Part shown: in pieces, positions 24,663-33,850 of the stretch
Position numbering within the stretch: the stretch's first letter is position 1
How the letters are laid out: each line of letters opens with the position of its first letter
DNA from: Candidatus Saccharimonadota bacterium
GTDB lineage: Bacteria; Patescibacteriota; Saccharimonadia; Saccharimonadales; JACDBH01
DNA: 64,000 nucleotides
Assembly (NCBI GenBank): GCA_028289135.1
Contig: JAQGGW010000003.1
Span: forward strand, 2,015-66,014
Direction of reading: 5' to 3'
Notes under the pieces: model-generated
The model's input: the letters and a program-made list of their open reading frames with translations, nothing else
Databases searched by the model: none
Told to the model about the DNA's origin: nothing
Program-made: the position numbers and the translations under genes

Positions 24663-25055
24663 TTATTTTCTAGGCGTTGTAATGTTTGCATCAGCTCCAT
24701 AAAATGGCAAAACAGGAAGATGATTGTTTTTAGCCATGACTAGCTCCAGCCCATCTTTAACCCAGTGGTCGCCTTGGCTGCCAATGATAGGTATTTTTAA
24801 GCTATAACTTAGCGCGTTGGCAACGCTTATCCCAATCCTGAGGCCGGTAAAGGAACCGGGGCCTTCATAGACGACCACGCCCTCGATGTCCTGCCAGCTT
24901 TTGCCATGCTGTTTAAGCAGCGCTTGGATTTTTTTATGCAAAGTCTCTGCCAGCTGGCGGTGCGCCTCCCATTTTTCGTAGGCAATCTGTTTCTCGTCAC
25001 TGTAAATGCCAATTTCAGACTCTGGCTTGTCGGTACGGATGGTTAAGATAATCAT
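24663..25055 (-). CDS. tsaB: tRNA t6A37 biosynthesis protein TsaB (short, N-terminal-domain-only form)
   Basis: VVYEGPGSFTGLRIGISVANAL. 130 aa versus the usual 230 or so. The ATG overlaps the tsaE stop. Confidence 0.8.
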   Translation of the reverse strand: MIILTIRTDKPESEIGIYSDEKQIAYEKWEAHRQLAETLHKKIQALLKQHGKSWQDIEGVVVYEGPGSFTGLRIGISVANALSYSLKIPIIGSQGDHWVKDGLELVMAKNNHLPVLPFYGADANITTPRK

Positions 25056-25537
25056 GAGATATCCTTAAACAAATAATTAAACTTTTCCGGATAGTTAACA
25101 GTTATGGCTCGCGCATCTTCACTATCTGCTTTGCGCTCAATAGTTACTTCAATATGTTCGATTGGCAAAACGCCACTTACAATGTCGCCCCATTCAACCG
25201 CAATTACGGCCTTGTTGTCATTAATTACTTCACTGAGTTCGCGCGCGAGTATCCCGGCCTCTTGCAGACGATAAAAATCATAGTGATGCAATAACAACCC
25301 GTTTCGGCATGCGTATACGCGCTCAACCATAAAGGTCGGGCTGTTTACGACATCCTTTGACCCCAGGCCTTTAGCTAGGCCTTTTACAAAAGTCGTCTTG
25401 CCCCCGCCAATATCGCTTTTTAGCAAAAATATTTCACCGCCCTTACACTTCTGCCCGAGCCGCTCGGCGGCCGCGAAGGTATCGGCGGAGTTGGAAGAAT
25501 CGGTTTGCCACGTCACGTCGGTATTCATATATGGCAT
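25052..25537 (-). CDS. tsaE: tRNA t6A37 biosynthesis ATPase TsaE
   Basis: P-loop SDIGGGKTTFVKGL followed by VNSPTF. 161 aa. The 5' region overlaps the upstream gene. Confidence 0.85.
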   Translation of the reverse strand: MPYMNTDVTWQTDSSNSADTFAAAERLGQKCKGGEIFLLKSDIGGGKTTFVKGLAKGLGSKDVVNSPTFMVERVYACRNGLLLHHYDFYRLQEAGILARELSEVINDNKAVIAVEWGDIVSGVLPIEHIEVTIERKADSEDARAITVNYPEKFNYLFKDIS

Positions 25538-26837
25538 ATGCTACCGCGGCAGCACCCACCCCGGCAAGCACAAGCGGATGTAAAGGTGCCGCGTCATTAA
25601 GATTCGCAGCATCTGCAGACGGTGTAGTGGTGCTAGCTCCGGCAACTTTGCCTGTCGTTTTCTTGGCAGCGGCCGTCTTTTTAGCAGTTGTTGTTTTGGC
25701 GGCAGTGCTGGTTGCAGCCGGGTCAGCCGGTACAATAGCGCTTGGCAAGTTCGCCGCGTTTGGGGTTGGCGTATCGGTCCATTGCCAGCTGTCACCAATA
25801 ATGCTCCAGCTTTGGCCTTCGGGCGCGCTTTCATAGCCGGGTGTTTCACTGATGGTTGTGCCGTCCGGGCTTTGCAGCCGCGCTTGGCCTTCGGTATTTG
25901 AAAGCTGCAAGTTGGTGTCGACAATTGTAAAAGCGGTGTAGGATTTTGGCTGCAGGGTTTCTGACTTAAAGATATAGCCGCGGGAATATGACGTCCCGAC
26001 CTGGACTTGGTAGCCGGACAAGCTAAAAACGGAATCGTTTGGGTTATACAGCTCAATAAATTCATCAGTGTCGTCGCTTTGCGGTGCGGCCGGGTTTGGC
26101 AGTAGCTCAGTTATTTCTGGCGCAACTAGCCCAAGGTTGTTTGCGGCCGTGGTGTCTGGAGTTGGAGCAACGGTCGTAACTTTTTGCGGCGCGTCGGTGG
26201 CAACGGGCGCACTCGGCGTACTGCTGGCGGCAATCTGGGTTTGGAGATCACAAGCATCAGTTGCCGACGGCGTAACACTAATCCATGGGTCGTTGGTGGT
26301 TTTGCTGACACCAGCTACCCACGCTCTTTGCAAAAAGCCGCTGGTTGATGTTGGCAGTGTCTGCACTCCTGTTGGGGTCGTGACGGCGGTTTTTGACCAA
26401 GCTACGCTGTCCAATATGTTTGACGGGCCGTTTTGCGTTACCTGGACCGTCCCGGCGGTTGAGCTAAAACCAAGCGACATCGCGTTAACCATCATTTTGT
26501 AACAAATCGTCATCGCCCCGTCGCTGACCATATAGTAGTTGTGTGATGCCAGCTTGCCGCTGAGCGGGATGTAGCGGCTACTGGTCAACTTTGTACTGTT
26601 CAGGTCGTAGTAGTTATAGTAGGCCAGCTGTACGGTGCTCATGTCGATGTCGGCGCCCGTGTTGTTATAAAGCGAAACAAACTGGCCGTTGCTACTAGTG
26701 ATCTTAATTTGGCCAATCAAAATCGCCGCGCTTGGTGTGCTTTGGCTTAAAGCCCGCACGTGGCCAAACGAAAACAGTCCATAAGTGGCAATAATTGCAA
26801 CAGCTGCAAGCGATAAAACCCTTCTTAGAAATCTCAT
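25443..26837 (-). CDS. membrane-anchored surface protein with lamin-tail (LTD) domains
   Basis: N-terminal signal/TM segment, LTD signature ITELLPNPAAPQSDDTDEFIELYNP, an Ala/Thr/Lys-rich stalk, a C-terminal TM helix and an Arg-rich tail. Confidence 0.7.
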   Translation of the reverse strand: MRFLRRVLSLAAVAIIATYGLFSFGHVRALSQSTPSAAILIGQIKITSSNGQFVSLYNNTGADIDMSTVQLAYYNYYDLNSTKLTSSRYIPLSGKLASHNYYMVSDGAMTICYKMMVNAMSLGFSSTAGTVQVTQNGPSNILDSVAWSKTAVTTPTGVQTLPTSTSGFLQRAWVAGVSKTTNDPWISVTPSATDACDLQTQIAASSTPSAPVATDAPQKVTTVAPTPDTTAANNLGLVAPEITELLPNPAAPQSDDTDEFIELYNPNDSVFSLSGYQVQVGTSYSRGYIFKSETLQPKSYTAFTIVDTNLQLSNTEGQARLQSPDGTTISETPGYESAPEGQSWSIIGDSWQWTDTPTPNAANLPSAIVPADPAATSTAAKTTTAKKTAAAKKTTGKVAGASTTTPSADAANLNDAAPLHPLVLAGVGAAAVAYAIYEYRRDVANRFFQLRRYLRGRRAARAEV

Positions 26838-26964
26838 TGATTTTTACTATACTGAGAGATTTTACAGATGCAATATTTTTGGATACTTTTTTGTTGTAGT
26901 TTTGTAAAATATATTATTTAGCATAAACGTATTGGCCGAGCTTTGTGCCGCCAAATATCGTATA

Positions 26965-27498
26965 ATGCATAGCATGTTACAGCTTGCGAATGCACTGGAT
27001 GGATTAGCGGTCATGAGCCTGCGCACTGGCGGAATGGTAGCGCGCGCCGAGCGGCCGATTATTAACCCCAATAACCTTAAGATTGAGGGCTGGTACTGCC
27101 GCGACCATTTTAGTAAAGAAGAATTGATACTGCTTATCAAAGATTTGCGCGACATTGTTCCGCAAGGTTTGGCGATAGACGACTATGAGGTCCTGAGCAA
27201 ACCGGACGAGCTAATCCGGCTTAAAGACATCTTAGATCTTGATTTCCAGCTCATCGGCAAACCAACGATGACCAACAACGGCCGCAAACTTGGCAAAGTA
27301 AGCGACTTCGCCACCGACATGACATCGTTTTTTATAAAAAAACTCTACGTAAACCAGCCGGTGTACCGCACAATCAGCGGCGGCCAGCTAAACATTGACC
27401 GGACGCAAATTGTCGAGATTACCCCCAAGCAAATTGTGGTGCGCGATGTTGACCAAAAGGTGGGTTCGCCCGTAGCCGCTTTCTTAGGCGTCAGCTAA
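26965..27498 (+). CDS. PRC-barrel domain protein
   Basis: GLAVMSLRTGGMVARAERPIINPNNLKIEGWYC and LIGKPTMTNNGRKLGKVSDF resemble two PRC barrels. Start ambiguous among TTG 26932, ATG 26965 and ATG 26974; no RBS is visible, and a TATAAT at 26961-26966 could give a leaderless mRNA. Confidence 0.55.
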   Translation: MHSMLQLANALDGLAVMSLRTGGMVARAERPIINPNNLKIEGWYCRDHFSKEELILLIKDLRDIVPQGLAIDDYEVLSKPDELIRLKDILDLDFQLIGKPTMTNNGRKLGKVSDFATDMTSFFIKKLYVNQPVYRTISGGQLNIDRTQIVEITPKQIVVRDVDQKVGSPVAAFLGVS

Positions 27499-27513
27499 AA
27501 CTTATAATCCGGG

Positions 27514-28113
27514 CTACTCTTCTGATAGCACTATTTTAATGTCGTCATAACCAAAACCTTGGCGCAACAGGTATTGTTTAAGTTTCATTTCGTCATTTTT
27601 ATAGCGGCTTAGTTTACGCTTTTTCTCGATTACTTCGCGGAGCAAGGCTTGTTCTTGCTCGCTGTCTTTTGTAAGAGTCTCTGCAATGTCCTCGCGGCTA
27701 ACGCCTTTTTTCATAAGTTCATTCTGAATAGCCCGGTCGCTTTTGCCGCCGCGACGGCGCATATCAATCAGCCACTTGGCGAATGTAATGTCGCTTAAAT
27801 AGCCTCTGGCTTGGAAGTCCTCCACTAGGCCAATAATTTGTTCGGGTTCGGCTTTTTTACGGTATAAATAATCTTTTAGCTCGCGGGCTGAACGCGGCCG
27901 GTTGAGGATCCATTCCAGCGCCCTTCCCTTTAGCTTCCCATCGATGGACAATTGCTTTAAACGCTTAAGATCGGCATCATTAATTTCTTGGTTTATTTTA
28001 AGCTTTTCCGTCACAAGTTCGTTTAAACTTAAAGAAAACGAATATTTGCCGTCCACAAACAGGCTGGCCCGCTCTGGGTTTTTGACTTGTTGTTTTATGC
28101 TGGTGATCTTCAT
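27514..28113 (-). CDS. recX: recombination regulator RecX
   Basis: ASLFVDGKYSFSLS...ALEWILNRPRSARELKDYL and three-repeat helical architecture. 199 aa, RBS GAGG. Confidence 0.85.
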   Translation of the reverse strand: MKITSIKQQVKNPERASLFVDGKYSFSLSLNELVTEKLKINQEINDADLKRLKQLSIDGKLKGRALEWILNRPRSARELKDYLYRKKAEPEQIIGLVEDFQARGYLSDITFAKWLIDMRRRGGKSDRAIQNELMKKGVSREDIAETLTKDSEQEQALLREVIEKKRKLSRYKNDEMKLKQYLLRQGFGYDDIKIVLSEE

Positions 28114-28117
28114 ATAT

Positions 28118-28576
28118 CTACCTCTGAGCTAAAATAATTGCGCCCATCGCTACGAACCACGCCCCTTCCACAAACAAACCCTTCGGTGTCTCAGACCACT
28201 GTATCCATTTATGAAAACGTCCGAATGTTCCATAAACTGGCTTTTGCGCTTTAATTTTTTCGAGATATAGATGATAGTAGGCCCACATTAAGTCCGGGAT
28301 GGCTGCGGCGATCATACAGCCCCAAATTAGCCAGCGATGAGACGGAAATAAGATTCCTAAAACAATCATTATGACCACCGCAAAAATAAAGTCGCAAATG
28401 AGCATTGTCGTGAACCTTTTTCCAAATAACTTTTCGCCCGGTTTAAGGCTCCAGCCCCAATGCGGGACTGCGTCGCAAGCAAAATGGCTTAAAAAGCTTA
28501 GTGGGACGGCGAGTGCCGGCTCTTTTACAAGCAGCGCGATTACCGCCCCCGTCATGCCATGGTTTGTTCCGGTCAT
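28118..28576 (-). CDS. membrane protein, possibly YdjM/DUF457-like metal-dependent hydrolase
   Basis: MTGTNHGMTGA...SHFACDAVPHWG with 4 TM helices. Overlaps the upstream NUDIX stop by 4 nt. Family call is tentative. Confidence 0.4.
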   Translation of the reverse strand: MTGTNHGMTGAVIALLVKEPALAVPLSFLSHFACDAVPHWGWSLKPGEKLFGKRFTTMLICDFIFAVVIMIVLGILFPSHRWLIWGCMIAAAIPDLMWAYYHLYLEKIKAQKPVYGTFGRFHKWIQWSETPKGLFVEGAWFVAMGAIILAQR

Positions 28577-29142
28577 AATTTTTGTTTTAAGTAGCTTATG
28601 AGTTGACTATAGTAGCTATCTCCGTGCGGTACAAGTTTGTTTACATGGGTTAATTTGCCTTGCGTAGCCTTTTCTAGGTCATCAAGCGAAATCCATTTGA
28701 CCTCAGCGACTTCACCATCGGCAAACTTGAACAGTTTATTCAAAACTAAGTTGAGCTCATAAGTAAACTGCCATTCATTTTCTATCGCGCCAGAGCCTTC
28801 ATCTGTATAGTCAGCATGAAACACAAACATAGGCGACAGGTCATTTTCTTTAACACTAAGGCCAATCTCTTCAAAAGTTTCGCGTACTGCAGCTTGTCTG
28901 GGCGTTTCGTTAAGGTCAATATGCCCAGCTGCTGAAATATCCCAGTGGCTTGGCCAGGTCCTTTTGTCGCTTGCCCTCAGCTGCAACAAAACCTCTATCG
29001 TATTGTCCTTGTGACGCCAAAGCCAGACCTGTGATGCGGCGTGCAATTTGCCTCCATACGCCTCGGCTCTTGTGAGCCCAACGCCGGCGACAGGCTTACA
29101 ATTTTCATCGTAAGCCTGCCACAGTTCTGCCGGTCCAGACAT
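28573..29142 (-). CDS. NUDIX hydrolase (IDI-like subfamily, lacking the isomerase Cys)
   Basis: LHAASQVWLW...LLQLRASDKRTWPSHWDISAAGHIDLNETPRQAAVRETFEEIG. 189 aa. Confidence 0.75.
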   Translation of the reverse strand: MSGPAELWQAYDENCKPVAGVGLTRAEAYGGKLHAASQVWLWRHKDNTIEVLLQLRASDKRTWPSHWDISAAGHIDLNETPRQAAVRETFEEIGLSVKENDLSPMFVFHADYTDEGSGAIENEWQFTYELNLVLNKLFKFADGEVAEVKWISLDDLEKATQGKLTHVNKLVPHGDSYYSQLISYLKQKL

Positions 29143-29147
29143 TTGTT

Positions 29148-30206
29148 TTAGGCCTTTTTAACTTCAACCGGCTTGTTCGCCTCAATGACCTTTTTAGCGA
29201 TCTCTTCCATGACTTTTGGATTGTCGCGGAGGTACTGCTTTGATGCTTCACGGCCCTGGCCGATTTTTGCGTCATTGTAAGCAAACCAGGCGCCGCTTTT
29301 TTCAACGATTTCTTTAGCAACGGCCAAATCAAGCACGTCGCCTTCTTTTGAAATGCCTTCGTTATACATAATGTCGAACTCAGCTTCTCTAAAAGGCGGC
29401 GCAACCTTGTTTTTTACAACCTTAACGCGGGTACGGTTGCCAATGACGGCATCCCCCGCTTTAATTTGTGAAATCCGTCGGATATCCATACGGAGGCTGG
29501 CATAGAACTTAAGCGCGTTACCACCAGTGGTTGTCTCCGGGTTGCCAAACATAACACCAATCTTCATACGAAGCTGGTTAATGAAAATAACGGTGCTTTT
29601 GCTTTTAGAAATAATAGCGGTGAGCTTACGAAGCGCCTGGCTCATCAGACGTGCCTGGAGACCCATGTGGCTGTCGCCCATGTCGCCTTCGATTTCGGCC
29701 TGTGGAACAAGCGCCGCAACAGAGTCAACCACAATCAGGTCAACGGCGTTTGAACGGACTAAAGTTTCAACAATTTCAAGTGCTTGTTCGCCGTTGTCTG
29801 GCTGTGAAACAAGCAAGTTGTCTAGGTTAACACCAATTTTTTGAGCGTATACAGGATCAAGTGCGTGTTCGGCGTCAATGAATGCCGCTACACCACCGCG
29901 TTTTTGAACTTCGGCAATTGCGTGCAGTGTTAGAGTTGTCTTACCAGAAGATTCAGGTCCGTAGACCTCAATGATACGGCCTTTTGGAATGCCGCCGCCA
30001 AGAGCAAGGTCTAGGCTTAGTGCGCCAGTTGGAAAGGTTTCGACATTAGCGTGGGATGTTTCGCCCAGGCGCATAATTGTACCTTTACCAAATTGCTTCT
30101 CGATAGTTTCTACAGCCAGGCCAAGTGCCTTGCCTTTACCGTCGAGCTTAGCTTCTGGCTCGTCGTGATTTGATGTTGTTGATGCGTCAGCTTGTGCTTT
30201 TACCAT
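29148..30206 (-). CDS. recA: recombinase RecA
   Basis: Walker [20 protein letters not shown] and the L1/L2 loop regions. 352 aa, RBS AAGGGG. Confidence 0.97.
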   Translation of the reverse strand: MVKAQADASTTSNHDEPEAKLDGKGKALGLAVETIEKQFGKGTIMRLGETSHANVETFPTGALSLDLALGGGIPKGRIIEVYGPESSGKTTLTLHAIAEVQKRGGVAAFIDAEHALDPVYAQKIGVNLDNLLVSQPDNGEQALEIVETLVRSNAVDLIVVDSVAALVPQAEIEGDMGDSHMGLQARLMSQALRKLTAIISKSKSTVIFINQLRMKIGVMFGNPETTTGGNALKFYASLRMDIRRISQIKAGDAVIGNRTRVKVVKNKVAPPFREAEFDIMYNEGISKEGDVLDLAVAKEIVEKSGAWFAYNDAKIGQGREASKQYLRDNPKVMEEIAKKVIEANKPVEVKKA

Positions 30207-30451
30207 CGCGATACCCCTTTATATATAAGTTATTTGTAGTACAGGATCTTTATAATCTTTTGGATAATAAAATTCCTGTGCAAGTAGTTATATTATACCG
30301 CGCCGTGCAAATGCAAGGCCATTCCAAAAAATTATTGTTGTAGTTTTTAAAATAGATGTCTTAGCATAAGCGTCATTACCGGATATCACATTTCAGTATC
30401 CTTAAGCATATGCATTAAAGATAATTTACTTTATAATCAAGTGTAAGTACT

Positions 30452-32266
30452 ATGCGTATTTCTGATGCACTTGTGAAGGAGTTGTTGCTCGAGGGTAAAA
30501 AAATTACTGCTGAGCAAATTAAAGCCGCCCACGATACGGCTGGTAACGAAAAGCTATCCCTGCAAGAAGCGGTTTTAAAAGCAAATCTGATCAGTGAAAA
30601 AGACTTGACCAAGCTTTACGCCGCCAAAATCGATGTTCCTTATATAGAACTCAATTCCAAAGAAATTAAGCGCGAGCTTCTAAAGCTTATCCCCGAACGT
30701 ATTGCCCGGCAGTATAATGTGGTGCTCTACGGTGTTGAGGCCGACGGCTCCAAGCTACTAGCCATGGATGACCCGGATGATATCCAAGCAGTTAACTTTT
30801 TGAAAAAAGAGCTCGGCAACGAGATCAAAGTCTCGATGGCCACCAAACAGGCTATTTTGCAGTCGCTTGACCAGTACCGAGGCAATATAAGTAGTGAGCT
30901 TACCAAAGTTATTTCGCCAGATGAAATTACCGACGAAGAAGACGAAGAAGTCAGCGAAGAAGACGTTGCCGAGGATTCACCGATTGCCCAAACCGTTAAT
31001 TTGCTTATTGAATACGCCGTAAAAGCTGGGGCATCGGACGTTCATATTGAACCGCGCGAAGGCCACGTTTTGGTGCGCTACCGGGTGGACGGCATTTTAA
31101 AAGAAGCCAACAAGCTGCCCAAAAAAGTCATGAATGCCCTGGTGAGCCGTATCAAAATCTTGAGCAACCTCAAAATTGACGAAAAGCGCGCGCCCCAGGA
31201 CGGCCGTTTTAAGATTGCCGCCAATGGCCAGGTCTATGCGCTGCGTGTCTCAACGCTGCCGATTGTAGACGGCGAAAAGGTGGTTATGCGTATTTTGAAC
31301 GAATCCAGCAAAGCTTTAACGCTTGAGGAGCTGGGATACTGGGGCTATTCGCTAAATGTCGTTAATAAAGCCATCGTCCAGCCGCACGGTATGATCCTGG
31401 TCACGGGGCCGACCGGTTCTGGCAAATCAACTAGCCTGTTTAGCGTGCTGTCGCTGCTAAATAACCCGAGCGTTAACATCTCAACAGTCGAAGACCCGGT
31501 TGAATACCGCATCCCGGGAACCAACCAAACCCAGGTTAACCCTGTAGCTGGCATGACGTTCGTAAACGGCCTAAGAGCCCTCCTCCGCCAAGACCCGAAC
31601 GTCATCATGGTTGGGGAAATCCGTGACGGCGAAACGGCTGACCTTGCTGTCCAGGCTGCCTTAACAGGACACCTTGTGTTTAGCACGCTTCACACCAACA
31701 ATGCCGCCACATGTCTGCCGCGTTTGCTCGACATGGGCATTGAAGCGTTTTTGATTGCCAGCACTGTCCGCTGTGTAGTGGGCCAGCGCCTTGTCCGGCG
31801 CCTCTGTGTGGACTGCCGCGAGAGTATCCAGCCTGATGCCGTTATATTGAAGCGGCTTCAAGAAGCATTCCACCTAGACGAAGCTGGCGGTATGGGGCAA
31901 ATCCATGAGCTTGAGAAGCAAGCGCTGGAAGGCGGGATTGGTAAAACAAACACCTCCACCGTTAGTAAAGCCAGCACGGCCGAGCTAAGTACCACCGAAA
32001 ACAGCATTAACCGGATCTGGAAAGCCCATGATGGAGGCTGCGACGCCTGCAGCCACACCGGCTACAGAGGCCGGATGGGCATTTATGAAGTGCTCGGCAA
32101 CACCCAGACTATCCAAAAACTGATTGTCGGCAACGCAACCAGCGATGTTATACAGGACGAATCCATAAAAGAAGGCATGATTACCATGCAGGTCGATGGG
32201 TTTATTAAGGCTTTGCGCGGGCAGACTTCGATTGAAGAAATTTTAAGAGTAACGAGTGAACGCTAA
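30452..32266 (+). CDS. pilB: type IV pilus assembly ATPase PilB (GspE family)
   Basis: N-terminal T2SSE_N-like repeats, Walker A GPTGSGKST, VGEIRD, and a tetracysteine CVDC...CDAC. 604 aa. Confidence 0.92.
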   Translation: MRISDALVKELLLEGKKITAEQIKAAHDTAGNEKLSLQEAVLKANLISEKDLTKLYAAKIDVPYIELNSKEIKRELLKLIPERIARQYNVVLYGVEADGSKLLAMDDPDDIQAVNFLKKELGNEIKVSMATKQAILQSLDQYRGNISSELTKVISPDEITDEEDEEVSEEDVAEDSPIAQTVNLLIEYAVKAGASDVHIEPREGHVLVRYRVDGILKEANKLPKKVMNALVSRIKILSNLKIDEKRAPQDGRFKIAANGQVYALRVSTLPIVDGEKVVMRILNESSKALTLEELGYWGYSLNVVNKAIVQPHGMILVTGPTGSGKSTSLFSVLSLLNNPSVNISTVEDPVEYRIPGTNQTQVNPVAGMTFVNGLRALLRQDPNVIMVGEIRDGETADLAVQAALTGHLVFSTLHTNNAATCLPRLLDMGIEAFLIASTVRCVVGQRLVRRLCVDCRESIQPDAVILKRLQEAFHLDEAGGMGQIHELEKQALEGGIGKTNTSTVSKASTAELSTTENSINRIWKAHDGGCDACSHTGYRGRMGIYEVLGNTQTIQKLIVGNATSDVIQDESIKEGMITMQVDGFIKALRGQTSIEEILRVTSER

Positions 32267-32456
32267 TTATGACCTATTATTTTTGCCCATTTCTTTGTTG
32301 CCAGCTCCAGTCCGAGATCGTGGCTTTTTCGCAGTGTAGCGGGCTTAGCCCGCTAGCAGGCGAAAAAGAGACCATGTCAGTCGTCGTATTATCAGATACG
32401 CCTCCTTTGCGGGCTTCGCAGGCACCTCGAACTGGACTAAAAATAATAAGTCATAA
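32267..32456. repeat. 190-nt structured element with 18-bp terminal inverted repeats between pilB and pilC
   Basis: TTATGACCTATTATTTTT (32267-32284) versus AAAAATAATAAGTCATAA (32439-32456), 17 of 18 complementary. Nested pairs are CCAGTCCGAG/CTCGAACTGG and TGGCTTTTTCGC/GCGAAAAAGAGACCA, with an apical palindrome TAGCGGGCTTAGCCCGCTA. Confidence 0.6.
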
Positions 32457-32475
32457 AAAGGCTAGGTCATTTTAA

Positions 32476-33702
32476 ATGCCTAAATTTACATATGCTGCAG
32501 TTAATAAAGCCGGTAAATCGATAACCGGAGCTGGCGAGTCTACCAGCCGCGACACCATGGCCGACACGCTTATCAAGCAAGGCCTGCGCCCGGTTACTAT
32601 AAAAGTTGCAAGTGAAAAAAAGGGTTTTAGCTCAAAATTAAAAAACTTTGGAAACAAAGTAAAACTTAAGGACTTGGTTATCTTTAGCCGCCAGATGTCC
32701 ACCATGATCTCGGCTGGCGTGCCGCTGACACGTGCGCTGTCGACCATGCAAACCCAGAGCACCAACAAATACTTCCAGACTGTCATTGCCGGCATCTCCC
32801 ACGACGTCGAAGGCGGTATGTCGCTCGGGGAAGCTTTTGGCAAATATCCCACCGTTTTTTCTGAGATTTATATCAACATGATCAAAGCCGGTGAAGCCGG
32901 CGGTATTTTGGATGACATTATGAAACGTCTGGCCACCCAGGTGGAACAAGACTCAAGCATGCGCAAAAAAGTTAAAGGCGCCATGACCTACCCGATCGTC
33001 ATCCTTACCGTCACTGTGATCGCATTCTTTGGAATCACGATGTTTGTCCTACCAAAAATCGGCAAAATTATCCTAGACCTCGGCGGCCCGAACGCCAAAC
33101 TGCCAATCTACACTGTCGCGATGCTTAACATTAGTGCTTTTATGCAGAAAAAAGGCGTCTTTATTTTTGTATTTTTGGTCATTTTTGTTTTCTTTGGGAT
33201 GAAATATATCAAAACGCCAAAGGGCAAATATAAGTTCCACTATGTTTTGCTAAAGATCCCTGTTCTTAAAGACATTATTATCAAAATTGCGGTTGCCCGT
33301 TTTGCCCGCACTTTTGCTTCGCTCATGACAGCTGGCGTTACAGTACTCGATGCGCTGGAAGTTACTGGCGGCGCCGTGGGCAATAAAGTCATCCAAAAAG
33401 AGCTGATTGAAGCCGCCAAAGAGGTAAAAAACGGTAAGCAGTTAAGTGAGCCGCTGAGCAAAAGCAAGAACTTCCCGCCGATTGTTTCACAGATGCTTGC
33501 CATCGGTGAAGAGACGGGACAGACCGATACAATTCTTGTGCGCGTCGCCGACTTCTACGAAGAAGAGGTTGCAACCGTCATCGACAGCCTGGCGTCTATT
33601 ATTGAACCGATCATGATTATCATTTTGGGCGCCGGCGTCGGGCTGATTGCTGCCAGCGTTATGGGCCCAATCGCCTCCCTGTCTAAAAACATTGGTGGAT
33701 AA
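32476..33702 (+). CDS. pilC: type IV pilus platform protein PilC (GspF family)
   Basis: Two T2SSF repeats (FSRQMSTMISAGVPL... and FARTFASLMTAGVTVL...) and 3 TM segments. 408 aa. Confidence 0.92.
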   Translation: MPKFTYAAVNKAGKSITGAGESTSRDTMADTLIKQGLRPVTIKVASEKKGFSSKLKNFGNKVKLKDLVIFSRQMSTMISAGVPLTRALSTMQTQSTNKYFQTVIAGISHDVEGGMSLGEAFGKYPTVFSEIYINMIKAGEAGGILDDIMKRLATQVEQDSSMRKKVKGAMTYPIVILTVTVIAFFGITMFVLPKIGKIILDLGGPNAKLPIYTVAMLNISAFMQKKGVFIFVFLVIFVFFGMKYIKTPKGKYKFHYVLLKIPVLKDIIIKIAVARFARTFASLMTAGVTVLDALEVTGGAVGNKVIQKELIEAAKEVKNGKQLSEPLSKSKNFPPIVSQMLAIGEETGQTDTILVRVADFYEEEVATVIDSLASIIEPIMIIILGAGVGLIAASVMGPIASLSKNIGG

Positions 33703-33729
33703 ATCTCACCGCTTTTTATCTTTCAAAAA

Positions 33730-33755
33730 GATCCGGGTTTATCCCGGTCTTTTTG
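33730..33755 (+). terminator. putative terminator after pilC
   Basis: CCGGG-TTTAT-CCCGG followed by TCTTTTT. Confidence 0.5.
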
Positions 33756-33850
33756 CCGAAACGATAGAGACTGTAACTCAGTCAAAAAAGATATAGAATT
33801 AAGAAGTACTTGACCCTGGGGTCCCCATGAAACCTGTTTCATGGGGTATG

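Noticed and set aside
25531-26502. Multiple alternative-frame ORFs (101, 174, 144 and 61 aa) inside the LTD surface-protein gene
   Set aside because: These are Ala/Pro/Thr/Arg-rich low-complexity translations, typical of off-frame reading of a GC-rich repetitive stalk region. The 464-aa frame has signal, domain and anchor logic.
30207-30451. Search for a LexA/SOS box in the recA-pilB divergent region
   Set aside because: Only a short CAGGA-N-TCCTG inverted repeat and A/T-rich promoter-like hexamers were seen. No GAAC-N4-GTTC or CTGT-N8-ACAG type box was found, so no operator is called.
32269-32475. 68-aa plus-strand ORF between pilB and pilC (MTYYFCPFLCCQLQ...)
   Set aside because: It lies entirely inside the inverted-repeat element. 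It has odd composition (Cys/Leu/Ser-rich), no RBS and no recognisable fold. The nested complementarity explains the sequence better than coding does.
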